DNA of 64,000 nt from Synergistota bacterium. GTDB lineage: Bacteria > Synergistota > GBS-1. This document shows, piece by piece, positions 19,146 to 28,246 of this stretch. The notes under the pieces are model-generated. The model was not told the DNA's origin. It saw only the letters and a program-made list of their open reading frames with translations, and searched no databases. A program made the position numbers and the translations under genes. The stretch is from assembly GCA_025060595.1 (NCBI GenBank), contig JANXBX010000001.1, forward strand, positions 185,696 through 249,695, read 5' to 3'. Within the stretch, counting starts at the first letter, position 1, and each line of letters opens with the position of its first letter.

Positions 19146-20270
19146 ATGAGGATTGCGATAAAAAGGTTATCTACCATAACTTACGATGAGATTAGGGACA
19201 AAGTAAGAGAAATATTTGATCTTCTTGGAGGAATTGAAAAATTTTTATCTCCCAAAGATAAGGTCTTAATAAAGCCTAACTTGCTTTCACCGTCAAAAGT
19301 AGAAGAAGCTAGAATAACTGATCCCAGAGTTATAGAAGCAGTGGTTGAAATAATTCATCCTATAGTATCAGAAGTCTGGATAGGAGATAGTTCTGGAGTG
19401 TCTACGAAGAGCGGAACCCAAAAAACTATGGAAAGTATAAATTTACATAAAATACCTGAAAAGTTTCCAAAAGTTAAATTAAGAAACTTCGATGAAGAAA
19501 GCAGAAAACCTTATGAGATAAGCTTAGGGAAAAAGGGTAAAATGCAGATTACAATAGCAGAAGCAGTTTTTCAAGCTGATAAGATAATAAATCTACCTAA
19601 ACTTAAGACACATAATCTCACTGTAATAACATGTGCCGTTAAAAATACCTTTGGATGCCTTCCAGGAAGCCAGAAAGCGAGAGTTCATGCTGAAGCTAAA
19701 GATCCGGAAAGCTTTGCTCATGCCTTAATAGATATTCATCTTGCGGTTAAACCAATCCTTACAATTGTAGATGCAACTATTTCTATGGAAGGAGAAGGCC
19801 CGGCCTGGGGAAAACCTAAAGAAACAAAACTTCTCTTTGGAGGAGAAAACCCTTTTGCAGTAGATATAGTGGCATCAAGAATAATAGGCTTTATACCTAC
19901 TAAAATACCTACAATAAAAGTAGCAGAAGAAAGAGGATTAAACCCAGAAAGGATAGATATACTAGGAGAAAGATTAGAAGAAATAAGCTATAGCTTTGAA
20001 GCCCCTAAAAGCACCTTATTTGCCAGAGCTCTACCTTCCTTCATATGGAGAGGATTGACACCGAAAGTAAAGATGGATGAAAATAAATGTGTTAAGTGCG
20101 GAATATGCATTAAGCACTGTCCAGTAGGAGCGATAACATTTAACCCATTTCCAAAAGTTGACCATGGAAGATGTATTTTGTGCTTTTGCTGCCATGAACT
20201 TTGCCCAGTGGGAGCAGTACAAATCCAAGAAAGGATATTGTCTAGGATATTCTTACGTGGGGTGGTATAA
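19146..20270 (+). CDS. DUF362 domain protein with C-terminal 2x[4Fe-4S] ferredoxin domain
   Basis: VLIKPNL, INLPKLKTH, AVKNTFG, MEGEGP; CVKCGICIKHCP and CILCFCCHELCP. Confidence 0.9.
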   Translation: MRIAIKRLSTITYDEIRDKVREIFDLLGGIEKFLSPKDKVLIKPNLLSPSKVEEARITDPRVIEAVVEIIHPIVSEVWIGDSSGVSTKSGTQKTMESINLHKIPEKFPKVKLRNFDEESRKPYEISLGKKGKMQITIAEAVFQADKIINLPKLKTHNLTVITCAVKNTFGCLPGSQKARVHAEAKDPESFAHALIDIHLAVKPILTIVDATISMEGEGPAWGKPKETKLLFGGENPFAVDIVASRIIGFIPTKIPTIKVAEERGLNPERIDILGERLEEISYSFEAPKSTLFARALPSFIWRGLTPKVKMDENKCVKCGICIKHCPVGAITFNPFPKVDHGRCILCFCCHELCPVGAVQIQERILSRIFLRGVV

Positions 20271-20273
20271 GTC

Positions 20274-20801
20274 GTGAACGTAGCAATTAAGCTGACTCTT
20301 CTAAGAATGATTTTAACTATACCGTTTATAGTATCTTGCCTATTAGAGGAAGGAAGCTTAAAGTTTATATCCCTTATCCTGTTTTCAATCGCTTCCTTAA
20401 CCGATTATCTTGATGGTAGAATCGCTAGAGCAAAAAATATAATTACAGATGCCGGTAAAATACTTGATCCAATAGCAGATAAAATCCTGATAACAGGAGC
20501 CTTCGTTAGCTTCGTCCAACTAGGCAAGGTTCCCGCTTGGATAGCAATTGTCATAATATCAAGAGAGTTTTTGGTAACAGGATTAAGAACCTTAGCGGCC
20601 AACAAAAACGTTATAATAGCAGCAAGCTCTTTTGGAAAAGCTAAGATGTTTCTTCAAACTATAGCAGTGTTTCTCATACTACTGGGATTTAATGAAATTA
20701 TAAATCTTTTAGTGCTATGGGCAACAGCCATAATAACTATATTATCAGGCTTAGACTACTTTATTAAAAACAGAAATATAATAAAGGAGGCCCTAAAGTA
20801 A
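20274..20801 (+). CDS. pgsA: CDP-diacylglycerol--glycerol-3-phosphate 3-phosphatidyltransferase
   Basis: TDYLDGRIAR...GKILDPIADK, SREFLVTGLR. Confidence 0.93.
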   Translation: MNVAIKLTLLRMILTIPFIVSCLLEEGSLKFISLILFSIASLTDYLDGRIARAKNIITDAGKILDPIADKILITGAFVSFVQLGKVPAWIAIVIISREFLVTGLRTLAANKNVIIAASSFGKAKMFLQTIAVFLILLGFNEIINLLVLWATAIITILSGLDYFIKNRNIIKEALK

Positions 20802-21409
20802 TGGATTTCCTTCCCTTTATCATAATAGGGTTCCTGTTTGGTTCCTTTCCAACAGGATATGTTTACGGAAAGCTAGCCTCCGGAATAGACATAAGAAAAT
20901 ACGGAAGCGGAAACATAGGTATGGCAAATGTTAGAAGAACCTTAGGGAAAAAAGCCGGGGTTATCACCCTTATTGGAGACCTTATTAAAGGAGCTATTCC
21001 CTATTTTATAGCACTTAAATTCACTGGTTCCCATGAAATAGCCTTATTCTCTGGCTTCGCCTCTATATGCGGACATATATGGACTCCTTTCCTAAAATTT
21101 AAGGGGGGAAAGGGAATAGCTACAACTTATGGAGTACTTGCGGCAGCCTCCCTACCAGTAGCAATCCTCTCAGCCCTAGTCTGGTACACAATGGTTAAAA
21201 TAACAAGATACTCATCTTTGGGTTCACTATGTGGAGTTGGTTCAAGCATAGCTTGGGCTTATATTTTGCCCTTCTCTCCAAAATCACTCCCTCTCTTCTC
21301 AATAATAACTTTTATCCTGGTTCTTTACACTCATAGAGAGAATATAAAAAGGCTAATCAGGGGGGAAGAGCTAACGATAGATGGAAAACCCAAGGATAGA
21401 AGAGCTTGA
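20801..21409 (+). CDS. plsY: Glycerol-3-phosphate acyltransferase
   Basis: DIRKYGSGNIGMANV, GH..FKGGKGIAT, HRENIKRLIRGEE. Confidence 0.95.
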   Translation: MDFLPFIIIGFLFGSFPTGYVYGKLASGIDIRKYGSGNIGMANVRRTLGKKAGVITLIGDLIKGAIPYFIALKFTGSHEIALFSGFASICGHIWTPFLKFKGGKGIATTYGVLAAASLPVAILSALVWYTMVKITRYSSLGSLCGVGSSIAWAYILPFSPKSLPLFSIITFILVLYTHRENIKRLIRGEELTIDGKPKDRRA

Positions 21410-22244
21410 AGCTATTGCTTCACCATGTAGGCTTTGCCCTCACAAATGTGAAGCAAATAGAAAAGAAGGAAAAGCGGGCTTTTGTAGAGTCCCTACGCTA
21501 GATCCGATAGTTAGTAGCTATGGTCCTCATTTCGGAGAAGAAAGCTTTCTTGTCGGGAGAGGAGGCTCTGGAACTATATTCTTCACATACTGCAATATGA
21601 AATGCGTTTTCTGTCAAAACTATGATATAAGTCAGCTAGGATCTGGTAGAGTTATTAAAGTAGAGGATTTAGCTAAGATAATGCTCATCCTTCAAAGAGC
21701 AGGATGCCATAACATAAATCTCGTAACACCAACCCCTCATATATACTCAATCGCTAAAGCTATAGAACTTGCCAAGTCTAAAGGCTTAGAGCTTCCCATA
21801 GTCTATAACTGTGGAGGATATGAATCTGTTGAAACACTTAAACTTTTAAGAGGATTAATCGATATTTATATGCCAGATTTCAAATATGGAGATTCTGAAG
21901 TAGGAGAGGAGTTATCCAAAGTTAAAAATTACACAGAAATTGCTCTTCAAGCCATAGAAGAAATGCTCTCTCAGGTAGGCCACTTAGAGATAGGCCCTGA
22001 TGGAATAGCGAAAAAAGGGGTTTTCATAAGACATCTTATAATGCCCAATGATGCAGCCTCATCATTTAAGGCTCTTGAGCTTCTTGCTAAGAACTTTCCA
22101 GGCATAGCTATTAACATCATGGACCAATATTATCCAACACACCTTGCAAACAACTATCCTAAAATCTCAAGAAGAATAAATACAAGGGAATGGGGCGAAA
22201 CTCTAAAGTTTGCACGGGCTCTTAATATAAGAGTAGTAAGCTAG
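21381..22244 (+). CDS. Radical SAM protein, PflX-like
   Basis: CRLCPHKC, GSGTIFFTYCNMKCVFCQNYDIS, HNINLVTP, DIYMPDFKY. Confidence 0.88.
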   Translation: MENPRIEELEAIASPCRLCPHKCEANRKEGKAGFCRVPTLDPIVSSYGPHFGEESFLVGRGGSGTIFFTYCNMKCVFCQNYDISQLGSGRVIKVEDLAKIMLILQRAGCHNINLVTPTPHIYSIAKAIELAKSKGLELPIVYNCGGYESVETLKLLRGLIDIYMPDFKYGDSEVGEELSKVKNYTEIALQAIEEMLSQVGHLEIGPDGIAKKGVFIRHLIMPNDAASSFKALELLAKNFPGIAINIMDQYYPTHLANNYPKISRRINTREWGETLKFARALNIRVVS

Positions 22245-24150
22245 CTCCTCTTACGATGATTGCTAAAGAGAAAGCAACTACAAAAGTTAAAAGAAGAACA
22301 AAAAACGATCTTTTAAGACCTATTTCCCTTATTAACGCCCCCAAGGTAGAAACGCAAGGAAAGTAAAAGACAACAAAGACAGTAAAAATAAACATTTGAG
22401 AGGGAAGAAGAGAAAGCTCTCCACCTAAAGCCTGCCTAAGCATCAGCAGAGAAAGCTCCTTCCTTAATATACCAAAAATAAGCGTAATACCCACCTCTGT
22501 CGGAAGGCCAAGAGGGTAAGTTACGAAGCTTAAGTAAGAGTTTATCCTATTCTCAAAGCCATAGTAAGTAATCAAGGATAAGAAAATACTTCCTCCTATA
22601 AGAAGCGGCCAGGCTATAATAATAAACTCCCTTAACCTTAACCATGTTTTAGCTAAAAGACCCCTTAAAGTGGGTAAGCGATACGGAGGTACCTCCATTA
22701 TCAATCCTTCACAATACCCAGGCAAAAGCTTTGAAATTCCCCAACCTAAAAATCCTATCACTATAAGATTTAGAACATAAAGGAGAAAAACTAATTCCCC
22801 ACCAAGATAAAAACCAACAAGACCCATTATTATGGTCATTCGGGCAGCACAGGGAACCAGAACCGTTAAAATGGATGCTATAAATCGATCACGGGAACTC
22901 TCAAGTATTCTCACAGCCATAACAGCTGGAACGTTACACCCATAACCAAGAATTAAAGGGAGTATGGCTTTGCCATGAAGCCCTACCTTATGCATCAGAG
23001 CATCCATTAAAAAGGCAATCCTAGGGAGATAACCTAAATCCTCAAGAAAAGATAAGCCAAATAGAAAGGGAACAAGATATGGTAAAACGATAGCAAGTCC
23101 ACCTGTAAAGCCATCATATAGTCCCTTTAAAACATATGAAAATAGACTTTGAGAGCTAAATAAGAAAGATAGCCTCTCGTGAAGCTCTTCAAAGAACCTT
23201 AGCAAGGGGGCTTCAATCAGTGAGCCAAACTTAAAAACAAAAGTAAAAAAGAGGTAAAGAGTAAAAAACAGCAAGAAATAACCCACATACGGATTAAGAA
23301 CGAGGGAATCCAGTCTATCTTTTAAGGTTTCCTTGCCTCGTTTAACCTTTGCAACTTGCTCAAATATACTAAAAGCAAGTGAATGCCTTTGCGAAGCTAT
23401 CACTTCTTCCGGTTCCCTATTATACTCCCTTATAATACTCTCCCTAATTTTTTCGACCAAAACCTTAATATCAGGAGCATATCTATAGACTATGGAAGAT
23501 ATCTCCTCATCTCCCTCTATAAGCTTTAAAGCGATAAACCTTACCGGAAACTTTCCTATTATATCTACTCCTTTTAGCCTGCCCTCTAACTCCAGTACTT
23601 CCCTTTCTATAGCCCCACAGAACCTAGGGGGAAAAGCCCTGACTCTCTCCTCAGTTGCCCTGAGAGCAGCTTCAAAAAGCTCCTTTATCCCTCTACCTCT
23701 ATTAGCAACAGTAGTAACAACGGGAACACCTAAAACTTTTGAAAGTTTATCCACATCAATGATCATTCCTTTCTCTACAGCCTCATCCATCATGTTAAGA
23801 CAAAGAATCATGGGAAGCTCAAGCTCCATCAGCTCAATGGTAAATTCGAGACTCCTTGAAAGAAGAGAAGCATCCACAACGTTTATATAAAGATCAGCAC
23901 CCGTCTTAAGTATGAACTTGCGAGCTTCTTTTTCAGCCTCATCAACAGGAGAGAGGGAATATATACCAGGGAGATCTATAAGCTCAAAAATTCTATTACC
24001 GAAGCGAATATCGCTCATCGTATAAGAAACAGTTGTTCCTGGAAAGTTAGAAGCTATAGATTTATACCCTGCTACTTGATTGAATATAGTGCTTTTACCA
24101 CAATTAGGCTGTCCTACCAATGCGATTCTTACTCTATCTTTTCCACCCAA
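22222..24150 (-). CDS. feoB: Ferrous iron transporter FeoB
   Basis: GQPNCGKST, NFPGTT, DLPGIYSL, GYGCNVPA, PCAAR, FPCVST; TTG start overlapping the feoA end. Confidence 0.95.
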   Translation of the reverse strand: MGGKDRVRIALVGQPNCGKSTIFNQVAGYKSIASNFPGTTVSYTMSDIRFGNRIFELIDLPGIYSLSPVDEAEKEARKFILKTGADLYINVVDASLLSRSLEFTIELMELELPMILCLNMMDEAVEKGMIIDVDKLSKVLGVPVVTTVANRGRGIKELFEAALRATEERVRAFPPRFCGAIEREVLELEGRLKGVDIIGKFPVRFIALKLIEGDEEISSIVYRYAPDIKVLVEKIRESIIREYNREPEEVIASQRHSLAFSIFEQVAKVKRGKETLKDRLDSLVLNPYVGYFLLFFTLYLFFTFVFKFGSLIEAPLLRFFEELHERLSFLFSSQSLFSYVLKGLYDGFTGGLAIVLPYLVPFLFGLSFLEDLGYLPRIAFLMDALMHKVGLHGKAILPLILGYGCNVPAVMAVRILESSRDRFIASILTVLVPCAARMTIIMGLVGFYLGGELVFLLYVLNLIVIGFLGWGISKLLPGYCEGLIMEVPPYRLPTLRGLLAKTWLRLREFIIIAWPLLIGGSIFLSLITYYGFENRINSYLSFVTYPLGLPTEVGITLIFGILRKELSLLMLRQALGGELSLLPSQMFIFTVFVVFYFPCVSTLGALIREIGLKRSFFVLLLTFVVAFSLAIIVRGASLLLLY

Positions 24151-24368
24151 ATTCTCGAAGCAACCCCTTTCCCAAGAGCAATCCTCGTATTGTTGACCTC
24201 TACCATTAAGGGGCAACCTAAGACAGCGCTCTTTGCAACTTTAACTTCAACACCAGGAAATATCCCCAACTGAATTAATCTTACTCTAAAAACCCTTCCC
24301 CCTACTATGTCTACAACTTTACCTCTTTCCCCTTCACTTAATCTATCTAAAGGGAGGGTTTCCCTCAT
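24129..24368 (-). CDS. feoA: FeoA protein
   Basis: RLIQLGIFPGVEV..GCPLMVEVNNTRIALG; directly upstream of feoB. Confidence 0.92.
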   Translation of the reverse strand: MRETLPLDRLSEGERGKVVDIVGGRVFRVRLIQLGIFPGVEVKVAKSAVLGCPLMVEVNNTRIALGKGVASRIWVEKIE

Positions 24369-24439
24369 TTACATCCCACCTTTAACTATTATAAGGGGGG
24401 TCATTTCAGCTTAAAGTATTATACTCTATTTTAAACCAT

Positions 24440-24475
24440 AAAAAAAGCGCCTCCTTAGTCAAGGAGGCGCTTTTT
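24440..24475 (-). terminator. Rho-independent terminator after uxuA (symmetrical)
   Basis: AAAAAAAGCGCCTCCTT-AGTC-AAGGAGGCGCTTTTTT. Confidence 0.85.
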
Positions 24476-24494
24476 AATAAAAAATATATTAAGA

Positions 24495-25577
24495 TTAACA
24501 ATACCTTTCCTTCATCTTACAAACGGCTTCCCAAAGCCCTAAAAGATAAGTTATACCCAAAGCCCTATCATAAAGACCATATCCAGGACGACCTTTCTCA
24601 CCCCATATCATCCTACCATGATCTGGTCTCACATAGCCTTTGTAATCCACATCACAAAGGGCTTTTACAATCTCAAACATATCATGAGAACCACAGAAAG
24701 AAGGATGAGCCGTCTCATAAAACTTTCCACGCTCTACTATTTTGAGGTTTCTAAGATGAGCAAAATGTATTCTTCCCATTTTCCCGAAGTAGCGAATCAT
24801 CTCCGGTATGTTGTTATCAGGGTTAGCTCCAAGCGATCCCATACAAAAAGTCAAACCATTATAAGGACTATCAACAGCCTTTAAGAAACGCTCTATGTTC
24901 TCCTTATTAGTAACTATCCTAGGAAGACCAAATATACTCCATGGTGGATCGTCGGGGTGAATGGCAAGCTTAACATCACACTCCTCACATGTAGGAATAA
25001 CAGCTTTAAGGAAGTAAACAAGATTTTCGAGAAGTTTATTTTCATCTATACTCTTATAAAGTTTGAAGGTCTCCTCAAGCTTAGCAAGTCTATCCCACTC
25101 CCATCCAGGGAGAATAACCCCATGAGAACCCTCTTTAACTCTCCTTATTAACTCCTGCGGCGTTATATTCTCTATCAAGCTATGATCATATTCCATAACC
25201 TCCGAGCCATCGGGCAACTTTTTGTGAAGATCCGTTCTCATCCAATCAAATACAGGCATGAAGTTATAGCATATAACCTTTACCCCAACCTTAGATAAAT
25301 TCTTTATCGTTTCTATATAGTTCTCTATATATCTATCTCTCGTAGGAAGACCAAGCTTGATATCCTCATGTACGTTTACACTCTCTATAACCTCCAGAGT
25401 AAGACCCGCCCTTTCAACCACTTCCTTTAGCCGCTTAATCTTCTCAAGAGGCCAAACCTCACCCACAGGAACATCAAACAAAGCTCCCACAACTCCAACA
25501 ACACCAGGAATCTGTCTTATCTGCTCTAAGGTTATATGATCATTTCCTTCCCCATACCACCTAAAGACCATCTTCAT
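24495..25577 (-). CDS. uxuA: Mannonate dehydratase
   Basis: FRWYG, CYNFMPVFDWMRT, AIHPDDPP, HFAHLRN, RPDHGR, PGYGLYDRALG. Confidence 0.97.
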   Translation of the reverse strand: MKMVFRWYGEGNDHITLEQIRQIPGVVGVVGALFDVPVGEVWPLEKIKRLKEVVERAGLTLEVIESVNVHEDIKLGLPTRDRYIENYIETIKNLSKVGVKVICYNFMPVFDWMRTDLHKKLPDGSEVMEYDHSLIENITPQELIRRVKEGSHGVILPGWEWDRLAKLEETFKLYKSIDENKLLENLVYFLKAVIPTCEECDVKLAIHPDDPPWSIFGLPRIVTNKENIERFLKAVDSPYNGLTFCMGSLGANPDNNIPEMIRYFGKMGRIHFAHLRNLKIVERGKFYETAHPSFCGSHDMFEIVKALCDVDYKGYVRPDHGRMIWGEKGRPGYGLYDRALGITYLLGLWEAVCKMKERYC

Positions 25578-25581
25578 CCCC

Positions 25582-27198
25582 TTATCCCTCCCTTAAAACC
25601 TCTTCTAGGGTCTTCTTAACAGCACCTGGACCAGATATCATCTTCTTGAAATAACCTTCTATCTTTTTGCCTAAACCAACCTCATACAGATTAACCCTAA
25701 ATAGCTGAGGACTAGAAAGTATAGGCTTTAGAGCATCTTTAACAGAATCAGGATCACCGAACTTAACTGAAGAAACATATCCCCTTAAAGCTTCTAACAA
25801 TGGATCAGGGCTTAACTCCATTCTCTTACCTTCGTCGTCTATACCCATCAGATACCTACACCAGCCAGCTATAACCAAGGGTATATATTTTAACTCTTTA
25901 ACATCCAAGTCTGGCCTCTCATGATAAGATCTTATGGTCTCTCCAAACCTTATAGGAACCTTTTGAGAAGTATCAGTTGCAATTCTCTGTGGAGTATCAG
26001 GCATATAAGGATTAGGAAGTCTCTCCTTTATAACTTCCTCTAAAAAGCTCTTAGGGCTTATTATCTTTGGATCAACAACAACTTTCATACCTTCCTCCCC
26101 AACGCCTTCTACAAGCTTCGCCAAAAGAGGATCTTTCATTTCATCAGCTATAGTTTTATAGCCTAAAAGGCAACCAAAAACAGCTAAAGAAGTATGAAGT
26201 GGGTTAAGACAAGCGGTAACTTTCATCCTCTCAGATTTCTCCACTGTTTCCCTATCAGTTAAAAATACATTTCTATCGCTTCCCTCCAGGGCTGGTCTTC
26301 CATTGGGGAAACTATCTTCTATAACCAGATATTGCGCTCTTTCCATATTCACAAAAGGAGCTATAAAGGTCTTCTTATCAGTTACACATATGTCCATATC
26401 AACCAACCCAAGCCCTTCAAGATGTTTTTTGATAACTTCTGATGGCCTCGGGACTATCTTATCTATCATGCTCCAGGGGAATGCAACTTCCTTATTTATA
26501 TAATTCAAAAATGCTTCCTCAACCATCTTCCCTTTAACCCATTCTTCCGCTATCTTATACACAGAGGAGTAAAGCTTTTCCCCGTTCTTAGAGAAATTAT
26601 CTAGGCTAAGCATTGCTACCGGCAACCTACCTGCTTTAAACCTTTCATAAAGCAGGGATGTAACCTTACCCATAGAGCTTTTAGGCATAACAGGACCATT
26701 CTTCATATCCTCTAATACTATAGGATAGAGCTTTCCTTCCTGATCCTCAAGATTGTACCCCTTTTCAGTGATAGTCAATGATACTATTTGAAGAGAAGGG
26801 GATCTGAACATCTCTTTCAAGCTATTCCAATCTTCATATAAAGGATCACCTTTAAAACCACAAACTATGCTACCTACAACTTTCTTTTCCAATGTACCGT
26901 CACTATTTATAGTTATAGCTATACAGAGGTTGTCATAAGGGTAATATATTTTGTCTATTATCTCATAATCGAAAAGCTCCACTCCTATTACACCGGTATC
27001 TTCCTTTCCACTTTCAATCATATTCTGTACTATACCAGCTATAAATCCTCTGAATATGTTACCTGCTCCAAAGTGAATCAATTTCGGAGCTTTAAGAGTT
27101 CTCTCTCTCACCCTCTCTATGTCGAACTTAGGAAGACTAAAACCTTTATCAAGCCATGATTTTTTATCTTTTATGCCATCCAAACTAAGCCTAAGCAA
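25582..27198 (-). CDS. uxuB: D-mannonate oxidoreductase (mannitol dehydrogenase family)
   Basis: IHFGAGNIFRG, SLTITEKGY, MIDKIVPRP, CLNPLHT, DTSQKVPIRF; lies between kdgK and uxuA. Confidence 0.88.
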   Translation of the reverse strand: MLRLSLDGIKDKKSWLDKGFSLPKFDIERVRERTLKAPKLIHFGAGNIFRGFIAGIVQNMIESGKEDTGVIGVELFDYEIIDKIYYPYDNLCIAITINSDGTLEKKVVGSIVCGFKGDPLYEDWNSLKEMFRSPSLQIVSLTITEKGYNLEDQEGKLYPIVLEDMKNGPVMPKSSMGKVTSLLYERFKAGRLPVAMLSLDNFSKNGEKLYSSVYKIAEEWVKGKMVEEAFLNYINKEVAFPWSMIDKIVPRPSEVIKKHLEGLGLVDMDICVTDKKTFIAPFVNMERAQYLVIEDSFPNGRPALEGSDRNVFLTDRETVEKSERMKVTACLNPLHTSLAVFGCLLGYKTIADEMKDPLLAKLVEGVGEEGMKVVVDPKIISPKSFLEEVIKERLPNPYMPDTPQRIATDTSQKVPIRFGETIRSYHERPDLDVKELKYIPLVIAGWCRYLMGIDDEGKRMELSPDPLLEALRGYVSSVKFGDPDSVKDALKPILSSPQLFRVNLYEVGLGKKIEGYFKKMISGPGAVKKTLEEVLREG

Positions 27199-27205
27199 GA
27201 TCCTA

Positions 27206-28228
27206 TCACCTCTCAACCCTTCCCGAAGTAGCTCCACCAGCAAGTTTTTCCACTTCGTCCTCGCTTAAACAAGAGAAATCACCAGGAATAGTATGCTTAA
27301 GACAGGAAGCTGCTCCGGCAAACTCTGCTTTCTTCTGAGAATCATATCCCTTAAGAGTAGCATATATTAATCCGCCAGCGAAACAATCTCCAGCTCCAAC
27401 TCTGTCCACTATATAGTGAATTTCATACCTATTCGAGAAGTAAGGCTTACCATTTTCAAATATCATAACAGACCAGAAGTTGACCGTAGCAGAAAGGCTC
27501 TCTCTTAAAGTTATTCCCACCGTTTCAAGCTTATACTTACTAGCAATCTCTTCCGCAACCTTAACATAAGCCTCTCTTATAATCTTTCCTGTCTTAAGGT
27601 CCAAACCTTCTATATGCATGCCCAAAACCTTTTCCATGTCTTCCTCGTTAGCTATAAGAACGTCCACGTATTCCATAAAAGGTATCATAACCCTTTGAGC
27701 TTCCTCTTTACTCCAGAGCTTAGCCCTATAGTTTAAGTCGCAGCTCACCTTTACTCCTTTCCCTTTTGCAACCTCAAGAGCATCCTTAACTATCAGAGGA
27801 AGCTCCTTACCCAAAGGTGGAGTTATACCAGAAAAGTGAAACCATTTAGCTCCATCAAGTATCCTCTCCCAGTTGAAATCCTCTCTCTTTGCTGCTGATA
27901 TTGCAGAACCAGCTCTATCATACACAACCTTACTTGCCCTCTGAGAAGCACCTATCTCCAAGAAGTATATTCCTATTCTCTCCCCCCCTCTTGCAATATA
28001 GTCAGTTCTAACTCCATACTTTCTCAAATGCCCAATGGCAGCATCTCCCAAGGGATTTTTAGGTAGCTTAGAAACGAAATAAGCCTCAAATCCCATTTGA
28101 GCTAAGAAAGCAGCCACATTAGCCTCGGCTCCGCCATAGGTAACATCGAAACTCTCTGCCTGAAATAACCTCTTATAGTTGGGAGGACTTAACCTAAGCA
28201 TAATCTCACCAAAAGTTACCACCTTCAT
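27206..28228 (-). CDS. kdgK: 2-keto-3-deoxygluconate kinase (PfkB family)
   Basis: FGEIMLRLSP, GGAEANVA, DLNYR, VDRVGAGD, LKHTIPGD, SGRVER. Confidence 0.95.
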   Translation of the reverse strand: MKVVTFGEIMLRLSPPNYKRLFQAESFDVTYGGAEANVAAFLAQMGFEAYFVSKLPKNPLGDAAIGHLRKYGVRTDYIARGGERIGIYFLEIGASQRASKVVYDRAGSAISAAKREDFNWERILDGAKWFHFSGITPPLGKELPLIVKDALEVAKGKGVKVSCDLNYRAKLWSKEEAQRVMIPFMEYVDVLIANEEDMEKVLGMHIEGLDLKTGKIIREAYVKVAEEIASKYKLETVGITLRESLSATVNFWSVMIFENGKPYFSNRYEIHYIVDRVGAGDCFAGGLIYATLKGYDSQKKAEFAGAASCLKHTIPGDFSCLSEDEVEKLAGGATSGRVER

Positions 28229-28246
28229 TTTAGTACACCTCCTATA

